Below are positions 22,388 to 30,376 of a stretch of DNA of 32,013 bases, in pieces. The notes under the pieces were generated by a model, which did no database searches, was not told the DNA's origin, and saw only the letters and a list, made by a program, of their open reading frames with translations. The translations under genes were made by a program, and so were the position numbers. This DNA comes from Pseudomonadota bacterium (GTDB lineage: Bacteria > Bdellovibrionota_B > Oligoflexia > Oligoflexales > CAIYRB01), in NCBI GenBank assembly GCA_043750715.1, contig JAYVBB010000524.1:1-32013 (forward strand), read 5' to 3'. Positions within the stretch are counted from its first letter, which is position 1; the number at the start of each line of letters is the position of its first letter.

Positions 22388-22824
22388 TGCCCAAGATGTC
22401 GCAGACGAAAGACCGATTCAATTTGGCGGTCGAGGTGGAAGAGTTTTTCAAGCTGCGTTGCTGCGAATGTGAAGATAGATGTCGAGAGTCAAAGGCTGAC
22501 AGTTGCAAGGTGCGTTACACGTCAGAGCTGGCGGCAGGGATGGAAGAAGTTGGATTCATCAAGGGCCAACGTCGCTGTTACCGCTGCGAGAGAGTGATCA
22601 AGGGTCAGTTCTTCATTCCAGATGGTGATCTGAATTTCTGTAGCATCGCATGTCACACCACCTGGCTGAATTCGAAGCAAAGCGCCAAGGATCGTCGTGA
22701 AAAAAGAAAATCCAGTAATGCTACGTCCGTGTGCGGCGAGCTATTGGCTAGTGGTCACGGCAGCGAGACAGAAGATCGAACGCTTGTTAGAAGAAGGCGA
22801 AAGCCTGGACGAAGCGATGCGTAG
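22387..22824 (+). CDS. zinc-finger protein (zf-FCS-like CYRC...FCSIAC)
   Basis: Cys clusters. Coding bias is lost after about 22700, where the next gene starts. Confidence 0.5.
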   Translation: MPKMSQTKDRFNLAVEVEEFFKLRCCECEDRCRESKADSCKVRYTSELAAGMEEVGFIKGQRRCYRCERVIKGQFFIPDGDLNFCSIACHTTWLNSKQSAKDRREKRKSSNATSVCGELLASGHGSETEDRTLVRRRRKPGRSDA

Positions 22825-22906
22825 AGTCAGCCTCACGGAGCTGTCCGAGTTTGAACAAACGGCAGCACGCGAGCATCTGCTGCGGAGCGTCAGACGGTCG
22901 AGCTAG
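22697..22906 (+). CDS. hypothetical protein (69 aa; alternative ATG 22718)
   Basis: GTG preceded by AAGGA with a 5-nt spacer. G/C3 bias is better than in the overlapping frame. Confidence 0.5.
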   Translation: MKKENPVMLRPCAASYWLVVTAARQKIERLLEEGESLDEAMRRVSLTELSEFEQTAAREHLLRSVRRSS

Positions 22907-22941
22907 ACCTTAAGCGGCAACAATCGGATGGAAGAAAATCG

Positions 22942-23280
22942 GTGAAGCTGCGTCTCTATTTCACAATCACCGCCAGCGGTGTCCACGTTCAGCGGGCCAA
23001 ATCACCTGCCGCAACATTTTTTCACGGCGACGACGTTACCTCGCCTGACTCCAACCATATCGAAGCGCTTGGTTTGTTGACTCCGTTTGACTGCCTGAAT
23101 CGCGGCTACGTTCGCCGCTGGATCAACATGGGCGATCAGCATGTAAATTGGAAAACAGAAATATCGATCGAGCTGGACCGCCTCAACGAGGCACAAAAGC
23201 ACGACATCGTCGAGTTCCTGCGGCTTCGAAGCAAGGGCTTTGAAACGAAATTCCTAGAAGATTTAGACGGAGTGAAGTGA
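22942..23280 (+). CDS. hypothetical protein (112 aa)
   Basis: GTG start. Coding bias present. Confidence 0.5.
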   Translation: MKLRLYFTITASGVHVQRAKSPAATFFHGDDVTSPDSNHIEALGLLTPFDCLNRGYVRRWINMGDQHVNWKTEISIELDRLNEAQKHDIVEFLRLRSKGFETKFLEDLDGVK

Positions 23281-23681
23281 TGAGCATGAACACCCTGGTG
23301 CAGAAGATCCACGCGACTGCGAAAGATAAAGGCTGGTGGGATGAGAAACGTCCAGTCGCCGAGATCATTGCACTGTGCCATTCGGAGCTGAGTGAAGCAC
23401 TCGAAGCGGAGCGTGAACGCTTACCGCCTGCGTGTCTGTTCGACAAAGAGACCAAAACGTTCCTTCCCGACCCGGAAGTCGAGCGCATCAAGAAGAACGG
23501 CATGAAGCCTGAAGAGATCGCCCGCTACAAGCCCGAGGGAGTCGCGGTCGAGATGGCTGACTGCGTGATCAGGATCATGGACTACTTCGGCTACATGGGC
23601 TGGGACCTCGACGCCGTTGTCAAAATGAAGGTGGCGTATAACCAAACAAGGCCCCATCGTCACGGCAACAAGGCATTCTGA
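23277..23681 (+). CDS. MazG-like nucleoside triphosphate pyrophosphohydrolase
   Basis: KGWWDE...IALCHSELSEALEAER...PEGVAVEMADCVIRIMDY...KMKVAYNQTRPHRHGNKAF is typical of phage MazG-like proteins. There is an insertion of about 35 aa between the EExE-type helices. Confidence 0.7.
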   Translation: MMSMNTLVQKIHATAKDKGWWDEKRPVAEIIALCHSELSEALEAERERLPPACLFDKETKTFLPDPEVERIKKNGMKPEEIARYKPEGVAVEMADCVIRIMDYFGYMGWDLDAVVKMKVAYNQTRPHRHGNKAF

Positions 23682-23893
23682 TGAAGTGCAAGGCGAACAA
23701 GAACAACGGTATCAGCTGCCAACGGATCGCTCGCGAGGGCGACTTCTGCACGCGGCACAACCTCAGCCACGGCAAGATGAAGGGCAAGCTGGTCTGGATC
23801 ACAGGAGAGCAGCGCGTGTTGCTCAAGGATATTTTGATGTCATTTGGCTACCACGCCTACAGCGTGCGAGCGCTTGCAAAGAAGGTTTTATGA
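23681..23893 (+). CDS. hypothetical small protein (70 aa, Cys/His motif)
   Basis: TGATG overlap with the upstream gene. Confidence 0.5.
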   Translation: MKCKANKNNGISCQRIAREGDFCTRHNLSHGKMKGKLVWITGEQRVLLKDILMSFGYHAYSVRALAKKVL

Positions 23894-23917
23894 AGCCAGA
23901 AGATTTTTAGCGAAGCA

Positions 23918-24220
23918 GTGATCAGGAATTTCAAGTCGCGAGGGACGAACCCAGTCAACGAGCACGATATGCGCACGCTTGTCTCGGCGGTATTCGAGAC
24001 CTATGATCCGCTCTTCAGGAAGATGGCCCCGCAAGGAAAGGTTAGGGACGCAAGTGCAAATCAAATGCCACTAAGCCGCAGTTATAAAATAAGAATGTGG
24101 TCGATCGCAGCGGTGGATGCTCGAATCCACGGCCAGGCGGTGATTGCAGAAGTATTCGAGAAAATCGTGGCACGCCAACGCGATGATCGTGATCGTCGTG
24201 ATTGTGGAGAAGATCACTAA
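23918..24220 (+). CDS. hypothetical protein (100 aa)
   Basis: GTG start. Moderate coding bias. Confidence 0.45.
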   Translation: MIRNFKSRGTNPVNEHDMRTLVSAVFETYDPLFRKMAPQGKVRDASANQMPLSRSYKIRMWSIAAVDARIHGQAVIAEVFEKIVARQRDDRDRRDCGEDH

Positions 24221-24541
24221 ATGAACATGCACGGAGGCCACGTCTGCGACGATCCAGAGTTGTGCGAGAAGATGCATGACTTCAGTGTGGCCGTGCATGC
24301 GGCACTCGAAGATCTGGCCAAAAAGCACGAAGTGGACGTCGAGACCATAATACTCTGTGCGCTCGATGAATCGGTGAACGCTCTCGCCAAAGCGGTCGCG
24401 ACCACCCAACCCGAGGCTCGGGTCAACAAGGTATTTTGGTATATCCAGAGCGCGATCAGCATGCTCCAGGCGGACGGCGTAGCCACGGTTGAGTACCGGG
24501 ACATCGCGATCGAAACGTTCGACGCAGGAGACGTCCATTGA
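24221..24541 (+). CDS. hypothetical protein (106 aa)
   Basis: ATG immediately after the upstream TAA. Confidence 0.55.
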   Translation: MNMHGGHVCDDPELCEKMHDFSVAVHAALEDLAKKHEVDVETIILCALDESVNALAKAVATTQPEARVNKVFWYIQSAISMLQADGVATVEYRDIAIETFDAGDVH

Positions 24542-24843
24542 ATCCAGAGCATGATGCTGATGACGTGCCCTGGGAAGCCTACAGCATCACCTCTGTCTAT
24601 CTCAGATATGAAGGCGATGAGGAGCCAAAGCCCGTGATCAACGTGACATGCCAAGGCTGCCACACCACCTACTTCATGCAGCTCGGTCGATGCCCCAAGT
24701 GTCGAAAACGCTGCCATGAGCACAGGCCAAAGGGCAAGAAACAGAAGCCGCAGCAGGCGGGAAAACCACCGCAGCCAGTCTCGGCATTCCTGACCGAAGT
24801 AGTTGGGGTCAAGAAGAAAAAGCTTTATAGAGAGGGTTCTTGA
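24538..24843 (+). CDS. zinc-ribbon protein (CQGC...CPKC) with a basic tail
   Basis: TTG start overlapping the upstream TGA. Confidence 0.5.
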   Translation: MNPEHDADDVPWEAYSITSVYLRYEGDEEPKPVINVTCQGCHTTYFMQLGRCPKCRKRCHEHRPKGKKQKPQQAGKPPQPVSAFLTEVVGVKKKKLYREGS

Positions 24844-24844
24844 A

Positions 24845-24991
24845 ATGCCGAAGATTAGCGAGGTCACTGTTATTGAACACGCTCGTCCTGGTTTTGATCT
24901 GATGATTGCCACGGACGACTCGAACGTGACCGAGATCGCTTGGTTCCCGCATAAAGACTGTGAGCCAGTGGTGACAAAGGAGACTCCATGA
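24845..24991 (+). CDS. hypothetical small protein (48 aa)
   Basis: ATG 24845, just after the upstream stop. Its stop TGA (24989-24991) overlaps palindrome copy 5. Confidence 0.45.
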   Translation: MPKISEVTVIEHARPGFDLMIATDDSNVTEIAWFPHKDCEPVVTKETP

Positions 24992-25008
24992 CTTTCGACG
25001 TCGAAAGT
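24991..25008. repeat. 18-bp palindrome copy 5 (extends to a 24-bp perfect palindrome at 24988-25011)
   Basis: Exact match. Intergenic, 33 bp upstream of ATG 25041. Confidence 0.95.
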
Positions 25009-25040
25009 CATTCCACCAGCCCAACGGGCGGGAGCAAGCC

Positions 25041-25505
25041 ATGACCGTGTCGAAAGAATGCCATGGGTTTATGTCTATCTCGGCACATCCAGAAACGCTT
25101 ACGGAAGGTGAACACGCCTACTGGCCGACCGGACAGAGCGTAGGCATAGTCTCATTCGCGCTCAAGAAGGAGGGTGTCACGCTCTCTCAGAGAAAGATCG
25201 CAATCAAGGACCTTTCTCCGGGGCAACCCATCCTAAGGATCGTGATCGGAACAGAGGGTGCCGCCAGCGACGACGGCGAGACTAAACTCTCGTGGAGGGT
25301 TACTGATGGCGAGATCTACACCGTCGAGCTTGAAGCCAGCGGCAGGGCCAACTTCAAGATTGGAGCCATTGGTCAGTTCGAGGGCAACGGCAGCGCTTCA
25401 TTGTCGATTACGTCTGTGGTGGGTAGGGTCGAAAGCGTCACGGAGTCAGGGAAAACGATATGGCAGGAAGAAGTGAAGAAGATACTTTCGTATGCGAAAG
25501 AGTAA
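25041..25505 (+). CDS. hypothetical protein (154 aa, beta-rich)
   Basis: GGGAG 6 nt upstream of the ATG. A degenerate palindrome copy sits at its 3' end (25484-25501). Confidence 0.6.
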   Translation: MTVSKECHGFMSISAHPETLTEGEHAYWPTGQSVGIVSFALKKEGVTLSQRKIAIKDLSPGQPILRIVIGTEGAASDDGETKLSWRVTDGEIYTVELEASGRANFKIGAIGQFEGNGSASLSITSVVGRVESVTESGKTIWQEEVKKILSYAKE

Positions 25506-25582
25506 AAATGCCGATAATAATCTTGCGCAGTTACAGCGGTGGCTTCTAGAATAAAAGACCACAGCTCAAAGAAAGCAATGTA

Positions 25583-26434
25583 ATGGCAGATAAGCCTCGG
25601 TTTCAAAGGAGCGGGAAGAAGCCCACGCGAGTTACAGCGGACGTGCCAAAAGCTCCTCCGGGCTTCGTCACACCCGACTCGACGGGCGATACCAAGACGG
25701 GGAAGCCTCGTTCCAGGGCCGCACTGGAGAACGTGAATGCAGAGCGCCAGGCCACGGAGTTAAGGAAGCTTCAGCACGAGAAGCAACGGCTCGACGATCA
25801 GCTTCTTATGACTGAGTGGGCGCTGACAGGTGGCCGCATCCAGGTGTTCACCTGGCTGCAAGAGGTGAAGGGCTTCAGCCTGGCCCACGCCCGGTTCATC
25901 GTTACACGCAGGCCGATCCCTCAGTGGTCGAGGATTCTCGAATACGTCCAGAACAACTACTCGAACAATCTAGTGAAGCGTCACATGGAGTCGGCGGCAC
26001 AGGCCAACGACCAGCACATGATGGCGGCACGCCTCGGCATGGCAAAGGCGATGGAGTTTCTCTCGAAGCTGACGATCGAGGAGGCCATCGACAAGAACGG
26101 CAATCCCTACTTCAAGAAGTTTCGAACCACTGACCTCAAGAACTGCATGGAATCGATCATGATCGCGCAGAAGATCACCAGGGTCGCCCTCGGCCTTCCG
26201 ACCGACGAGGGCTCGGTCCACATCTGGCAGAAGATCCAACAGAGCTTCGGCACCAACCCGATGCCGGAAGACACACCAACTGAGACGGTGGTGGAGGGCG
26301 AACCGATCAAGGATCAGGTGATGCGGCTCCAGAAGTCGTATACCTACGACGAGATCAAAGAGATGGTTTCGGCCTTTAAGAATGCGGGACTGACGGGCGA
26401 TGCGACGGTGATCGACACGGAGACGACAAAGTGA
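25583..26434 (+). CDS. hypothetical protein (283 aa) with a basic N-terminus
   Basis: Follows a 77-bp AT-rich intergenic gap. I can support no function. Confidence 0.6.
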   Translation: MADKPRFQRSGKKPTRVTADVPKAPPGFVTPDSTGDTKTGKPRSRAALENVNAERQATELRKLQHEKQRLDDQLLMTEWALTGGRIQVFTWLQEVKGFSLAHARFIVTRRPIPQWSRILEYVQNNYSNNLVKRHMESAAQANDQHMMAARLGMAKAMEFLSKLTIEEAIDKNGNPYFKKFRTTDLKNCMESIMIAQKITRVALGLPTDEGSVHIWQKIQQSFGTNPMPEDTPTETVVEGEPIKDQVMRLQKSYTYDEIKEMVSAFKNAGLTGDATVIDTETTK

Positions 26435-26443
26435 GGAAAGACG

Positions 26444-26629
26444 ATGTCTGTTAGTCGCAATGGGCGCAGCTACTGGCTGAACGACGATCAGGTGGCCTAC
26501 GTGCTCGGTCTGGTTCGTGACGACATCCACGAGAACGATTCATGTGACGAGGACGAAGAGAAGATGCGCCAGCAGCTCCGCGTGAAGCTCGAAGTGAGGG
26601 TGGGACCATCTGATGTCCAAAATCCCTGA
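26444..26629 (+). CDS. hypothetical protein (61 aa)
   Basis: GAGGAA upstream of the ATG. Confidence 0.5.
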   Translation: MSVSRNGRSYWLNDDQVAYVLGLVRDDIHENDSCDEDEEKMRQQLRVKLEVRVGPSDVQNP

Positions 26630-27071
26630 AAGCCTGAGACAAGAGATCGAAGCGCACAACGCGGCATGCGAGAAGAGCATGGCCAGGGTGAAGCCAGGCC
26701 CGTGGTCAAAGGAGCCGCACCGCGTTGAGTTCAAACATGAGGGCTTCGATTGCCTGCTCGCTCGCGTCCCGCATCATCTGGCGTGGTGTGGCTACGTCGC
26801 AGTACCGAAGGGTCACCCAGCCTTCGGTAAGAGCTACGACGACGTGACGGTCGATGTCCACGGCGGTCTCACCTACGCCAACGAGTGCAGCCATGTCGTT
26901 TGCCATATGTCGGACGACGGCGTGTGGTGGCTCGGCTTCGACACGGCTCACTGCCATGACGTGAGCCCGATCAACGGCGGCCCGCTTTACGGCCAACAGG
27001 AATATCGTGACGTCGCCTACATGACGGCAGAAACCAAACGCTTAGCCGAGCAATTAAAGGGAATGCAGTGA
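26613..27071 (+). CDS. conserved phage hypothetical protein (His/Cys-rich; GYVAVPKGHP...HGGLTY...WWLGFDTAHCHD)
   Basis: The pattern recurs in many phage genomes from memory. Function unknown. Confidence 0.6.
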   Translation: MSKIPESLRQEIEAHNAACEKSMARVKPGPWSKEPHRVEFKHEGFDCLLARVPHHLAWCGYVAVPKGHPAFGKSYDDVTVDVHGGLTYANECSHVVCHMSDDGVWWLGFDTAHCHDVSPINGGPLYGQQEYRDVAYMTAETKRLAEQLKGMQ

Positions 27072-27460
27072 GCTACCTCGATGTGCTGAAAATTGAGATC
27101 GTCAAGGAGCTGTGGCAAAACCTCATGCTGGCCGCCTTCATCGGCGCGGTCGCTGCCACCCTCATCACTAGGCGCTTCCTTCGCTTCGAACTGCGGCTCC
27201 TCAAGCAAGAGACCGAGCTGCACAAGCAAGCGGTCGGCATCATGCTGTCGCTATCGAAACACGGTGAACGCTTAGGGATTCTCCCGCCTGGCGAATGGAC
27301 CGAAACGGTGGAAGGCCTCTGGAAGCTCGACCATAAGGACATCCAGGAGCTGAGAGGCAGGCTCGAAGCGCTGACGCCCGAGAGAGTGCGCAAGATGCAA
27401 GAGAAGATCGCCAAATTAGGATCCGTGAACATGCAAAAGCCAGACGGCCCGCTGCTATGA
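27068..27460 (+). CDS. membrane-anchored coiled-coil protein (130 aa)
   Basis: GTGA overlap with the upstream gene. One TM helix (LMLAAFIGAVAATLI). Confidence 0.55.
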   Translation: MSYLDVLKIEIVKELWQNLMLAAFIGAVAATLITRRFLRFELRLLKQETELHKQAVGIMLSLSKHGERLGILPPGEWTETVEGLWKLDHKDIQELRGRLEALTPERVRKMQEKIAKLGSVNMQKPDGPLL

Positions 27461-27618
27461 GCAAATCCGTGAAGCCTGTCCAGCACCGTCGCGACGACCA
27501 TTATTGGGCGCGGTTTATGCTAGTGCTGACGACCTCGAATCAGATATGGGTGCGCTTCGGCAAACACCTGTTCAAGTTCAGGCTCTCGGGTGGCGATGAA
27601 TCAACTCCTAAAACTTGA
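27457..27618 (+). CDS. possible small protein (53 aa; below the ORF-track cutoff)
   Basis: ATGA overlap with the upstream gene. I translated it myself: MSKSVKPVQHRRDDHYWARFMLVLTTSNQIWVRFGKHLFKFRLSGGDESTPKT. G/C3 bias present. Confidence 0.4.
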   Translation: MSKSVKPVQHRRDDHYWARFMLVLTTSNQIWVRFGKHLFKFRLSGGDESTPKT

Positions 27619-28405
27619 CCGAGAGATAAAAGACGTCACCGCGCGGCTGGAATACGTGCTGTCGGACGGACCGCCCGCCCCCAACTACGTGTTCAAGCTA
27701 CGCGAACTTCTCGACAAGCTATTGACGGAGCGCAGGCACTACGGCGAGGAGCTGCCCGATCAGGACGTATTCATGCCGCACGTTCACCATATGCTCGACA
27801 AGTCGCGCAAAGAAGAACTGCTACGCAAGCGCGAGCTGATGAGCCACGGCTACACGTCCGAAGAGCTGGAAGAGATGGAAGCCTGGTCTGCCGTGCACGG
27901 GCCACCCGAAGCAATACTTCTTCGCGGCGAGGACCGCCTCTTCAAGTTTCCCAACTCAGAGATTCGTTGGTCGCCCTATCTTCGCGGGGAGCTACGTGAC
28001 AGCGAGCGATCGGATATTACGCTGCGTATGGCAGGCGGACCGGCCAAAATCTTTACGTCAAGGGCGCTGGACTATAAAGACGGCAGGGCAGTCTACGGCA
28101 TCGACCGTGGATCCGAGACGTGGTGGAGCGAGATCGCAGGCATGACGCGCGGACGCCGTGGACTATACGATGCGATCCAGCACGATGCGCACGAAATCCT
28201 CGAAGCCACGGGCCACGGCGTGTCGAAGATTCTGCTTGCACCGGAGCATGCTGGGCAGCTCGCTATTGACCTAAGAACGTTGGAAAACCAGCGCTACACC
28301 TCAGGCGAAGAGGTTTACCTGGACAGCAGCGGGGGCATAACGGGTAAGATCGAGGCTAAAGACACCCGAACACCGTTCCAGAAAGCGCTGGACGACATCA
28401 AGTGA
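27590..28405 (+). CDS. hypothetical protein (about 270 aa)
   Basis: Start at GTG 27590 or ATG 27596. Coding bias throughout. Confidence 0.6.
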   Translation: MAMNQLLKLDREIKDVTARLEYVLSDGPPAPNYVFKLRELLDKLLTERRHYGEELPDQDVFMPHVHHMLDKSRKEELLRKRELMSHGYTSEELEEMEAWSAVHGPPEAILLRGEDRLFKFPNSEIRWSPYLRGELRDSERSDITLRMAGGPAKIFTSRALDYKDGRAVYGIDRGSETWWSEIAGMTRGRRGLYDAIQHDAHEILEATGHGVSKILLAPEHAGQLAIDLRTLENQRYTSGEEVYLDSSGGITGKIEAKDTRTPFQKALDDIK

Positions 28406-28411
28406 AGAGCG

Positions 28412-28633
28412 ATGCTGCGTCTCGAAGCCATACCTCACCTCGACTTCTTCAACGTGTTTGAAGGTGACCGCTCCATCGGGACGGTCAGTGCGAAGGAGCT
28501 TCACGACGTATTCGACGACATCACTATGATCGTCCACCTTGACGGCGACCACGCACACCGAATGCAGCTTCATCTGAGTGCCAAACGTAACAACAGATCG
28601 CTTTTCGAAGAGGCGATCGAGGAGATCCGATGA
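28412..28633 (+). CDS. hypothetical protein (73 aa)
   Basis: ATG 28412. Coupled to the next small ORF. Confidence 0.5.
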   Translation: MLRLEAIPHLDFFNVFEGDRSIGTVSAKELHDVFDDITMIVHLDGDHAHRMQLHLSAKRNNRSLFEEAIEEIR

Positions 28634-28761
28634 CTCTGCGCCAAGCCGTGTGCGAGACGTGCAAGAAGGAATTCAGAACCAATCAGAAGGGCCGGCACAA
28701 CTGCTACACGTGCTCGCCGATTCGTAAAGACGCCAAGCCGAAGCCGGTGGGTGAGTCGTGA
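28630..28761 (+). CDS. small zinc-ribbon protein (43 aa; below the ORF-track cutoff)
   Basis: ATGA overlap upstream and GTGA overlap downstream. I translated it myself: MTLRQAVCETCKKEFRTNQKGRHNCYTCSPIRKDAKPKPVGES. Confidence 0.5.
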   Translation: MTLRQAVCETCKKEFRTNQKGRHNCYTCSPIRKDAKPKPVGES

Positions 28762-29276
28762 TTAAGCGCTGCATGATCGACCTTGAATGCTTCGGGCAAG
28801 AGCACGATGCCGCTATCTGCCAAATCGGTGCGGTCTGGTTTGACCTCGAAGGCAATGCGAACAACGGCATCCAACTGAACGTCGATGCAAGAGACGCGGT
28901 CCGCCACGGCGCGACGGTCACGGTCGATACGATCTATTGGTGGTTGCAGCAGGAAGAGGCCGCACGCAAGTCAGTCTGCGAGCCGGGCATGACGGAGCTG
29001 GAGGCGTTGACCCGCTTGAATGAGTATTGGCAAGACGCCGACGAAGTCTGGAGCCATGCCACCTACGACTTCGTGATCGTTCACAATGCGATGAAACGCC
29101 GTGGCCTAAGGAATACCGTCAGCTTTCGGAAGGCTATGGACATTCGCACGCTGGTTGCGCTTGCGCCGCCGATGCCTCTTAAGGAGCGAATCGGCACTCA
29201 TCACACTGCACTCGACGATGCGATCTACCAGGCGCGATATGTCGGCCCCATGATCAAGAGAATCAAGGACCAGTGA
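28758..29276 (+). CDS. DEDDh 3'-5' exonuclease (DnaQ-like / Rv2179c-like fold)
   Basis: MIDLECFG (Exo I), ICQIGAV, WSHATYDFVIV (Exo II) and HHTALDDAIYQA (Exo III, H-x4-D). Confidence 0.7.
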   Translation: MIKRCMIDLECFGQEHDAAICQIGAVWFDLEGNANNGIQLNVDARDAVRHGATVTVDTIYWWLQQEEAARKSVCEPGMTELEALTRLNEYWQDADEVWSHATYDFVIVHNAMKRRGLRNTVSFRKAMDIRTLVALAPPMPLKERIGTHHTALDDAIYQARYVGPMIKRIKDQ

Positions 29277-29277
29277 G

Positions 29278-29472
29278 ATGAACCGCCACTATGGCTGCCA
29301 GCACAATCGCGTTACCGACGACTACCAATGCTACGATTGTGGCGCCGGCCTGAATCCTGAAGAGCTGCCAGCCCACCTGCAAGGACTCTCGACTGCATTC
29401 GTGATCGAGTACCCCATTCCGCACGGGCTCGCCAACCCCGACGCCACGGTGATCAAATGCAAAGGATCATGA
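29278..29472 (+). CDS. hypothetical small Cys-containing protein (64 aa)
   Basis: AAGGA 9 nt upstream of the ATG. Confidence 0.5.
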   Translation: MNRHYGCQHNRVTDDYQCYDCGAGLNPEELPAHLQGLSTAFVIEYPIPHGLANPDATVIKCKGS

Positions 29473-29933
29473 TCGTCTGCGGCGTCCCAGGATCAGGAAA
29501 GACCTGGGTCTGCGAACAGCTCACGCAGAAGTTCAAATACATCCCACACGATCACTATATCGGTCGGATCGGTGAGCCAGGGCGATTCGGATCAGCCGAT
29601 CGCCCACCATCGGAAAAACCGTTCCTCGATGCACTGGAGAAGGCGGCGATGGAAGGCGACCAGCCCGTCCTGACCGAATGCCCGTTTGCCGAACGGGAGT
29701 TGGTCACGCAGCTTCTGAGGCGCGGACTCTCGGTCGATAGCGTGTTCATCGTCGAGCCAGTCGAGATTGTCAGGGAGCGCTACCACAAGCGTTCAGGCAA
29801 GGACATCTCGAAGAGCACGGAGACGCGCTGTAAGACGATCGTCAACCGCGCCGTCGAGTGGAACAAACGCTACGGACGCTGCGAGAGCGTTCTCAAATAT
29901 TTGCAAGACCTGCAGCTGGAGCCAGCGCCATGA
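29457..29933 (+). CDS. P-loop NTPase / kinase-like protein
   Basis: Walker A GVPGSGKT close to the N-terminus. The alternative start ATG 29469 is more typical. Confidence 0.6.
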   Translation: MQRIMIVCGVPGSGKTWVCEQLTQKFKYIPHDHYIGRIGEPGRFGSADRPPSEKPFLDALEKAAMEGDQPVLTECPFAERELVTQLLRRGLSVDSVFIVEPVEIVRERYHKRSGKDISKSTETRCKTIVNRAVEWNKRYGRCESVLKYLQDLQLEPAP

Positions 29934-29994
29934 GGCCACTCGTTATGCTCGCCATGATAGTATTTATAGCTTGGATGATTACGAGGACGTGCCG

Positions 29995-30186
29995 ATGAAA
30001 ACGCTTAGAGCCACCATCGAATTCCCAGTCACCGACGATTGTGACATGAGCATGGCGCTGCTTCGCCTTTCGGTCCAACTCAGAGAGATGTCACGCGAGG
30101 CGTGGCCCGACGCATTTGTCTGGCCCAATGCATGGCCAGAGGCGTCAGATGCGGGGTGGCGACTTGATGCAAAATTCGAAGGCTGA
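29995..30186 (+). CDS. hypothetical protein (63 aa)
   Basis: GAGGA 8 nt upstream of the ATG. Preceded by the AT-rich stretch GATAGTATTTATAGC. Confidence 0.5.
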   Translation: MKTLRATIEFPVTDDCDMSMALLRLSVQLREMSREAWPDAFVWPNAWPEASDAGWRLDAKFEG

Positions 30187-30376
30187 GTTCACGCGAGAAG
30201 AAATACTTCGAAGGATCGAAACATTCTTCGGCTCGACTCCCGAAGGCATCGCTAAGGCGAAGCTTTGGTATGAGTCGGCAAATCCGATGCTCGGCGGCAT
30301 TACACCCAGCGAGATGGTTGATTTGGGACGCAGCGGCTATCTGATGCGTTGGATCGACAGCCAGCTCGGCAGCTAG
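30167..30376 (+). CDS. stand-alone DUF2384-like (Xre/MbcA/ParS antitoxin toxin-binding) domain protein (69 aa)
   Basis: AKAKLWYESANPMLGGITPSEMVDLGRSGYLMRWIDSQLGS matches the family signature (A..W....NP.LGG.TP.E......G...V...L). Confidence 0.55.
   Translation: MQNSKAEFTREEILRRIETFFGSTPEGIAKAKLWYESANPMLGGITPSEMVDLGRSGYLMRWIDSQLGS

Noticed and set aside
24988-25042. An 18-codon mini-ORF starting in palindrome copy 5 (MTFDVESHSTSPTGGSKP) and ending at the ATG of 25041.
   Set aside because: The ATG is created by the extended palindrome itself (ATGACT...AGTCAT). There is no RBS, and the ORF is too short to support without expression data.
25583-26434. The 283-aa basic-N-terminus protein as a small terminase subunit.
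   Set aside because: The idea rests only on its size and a basic N-terminus after an intergenic gap. No large terminase or portal gene follows, so the call is unsupported and the gene is left as hypothetical.
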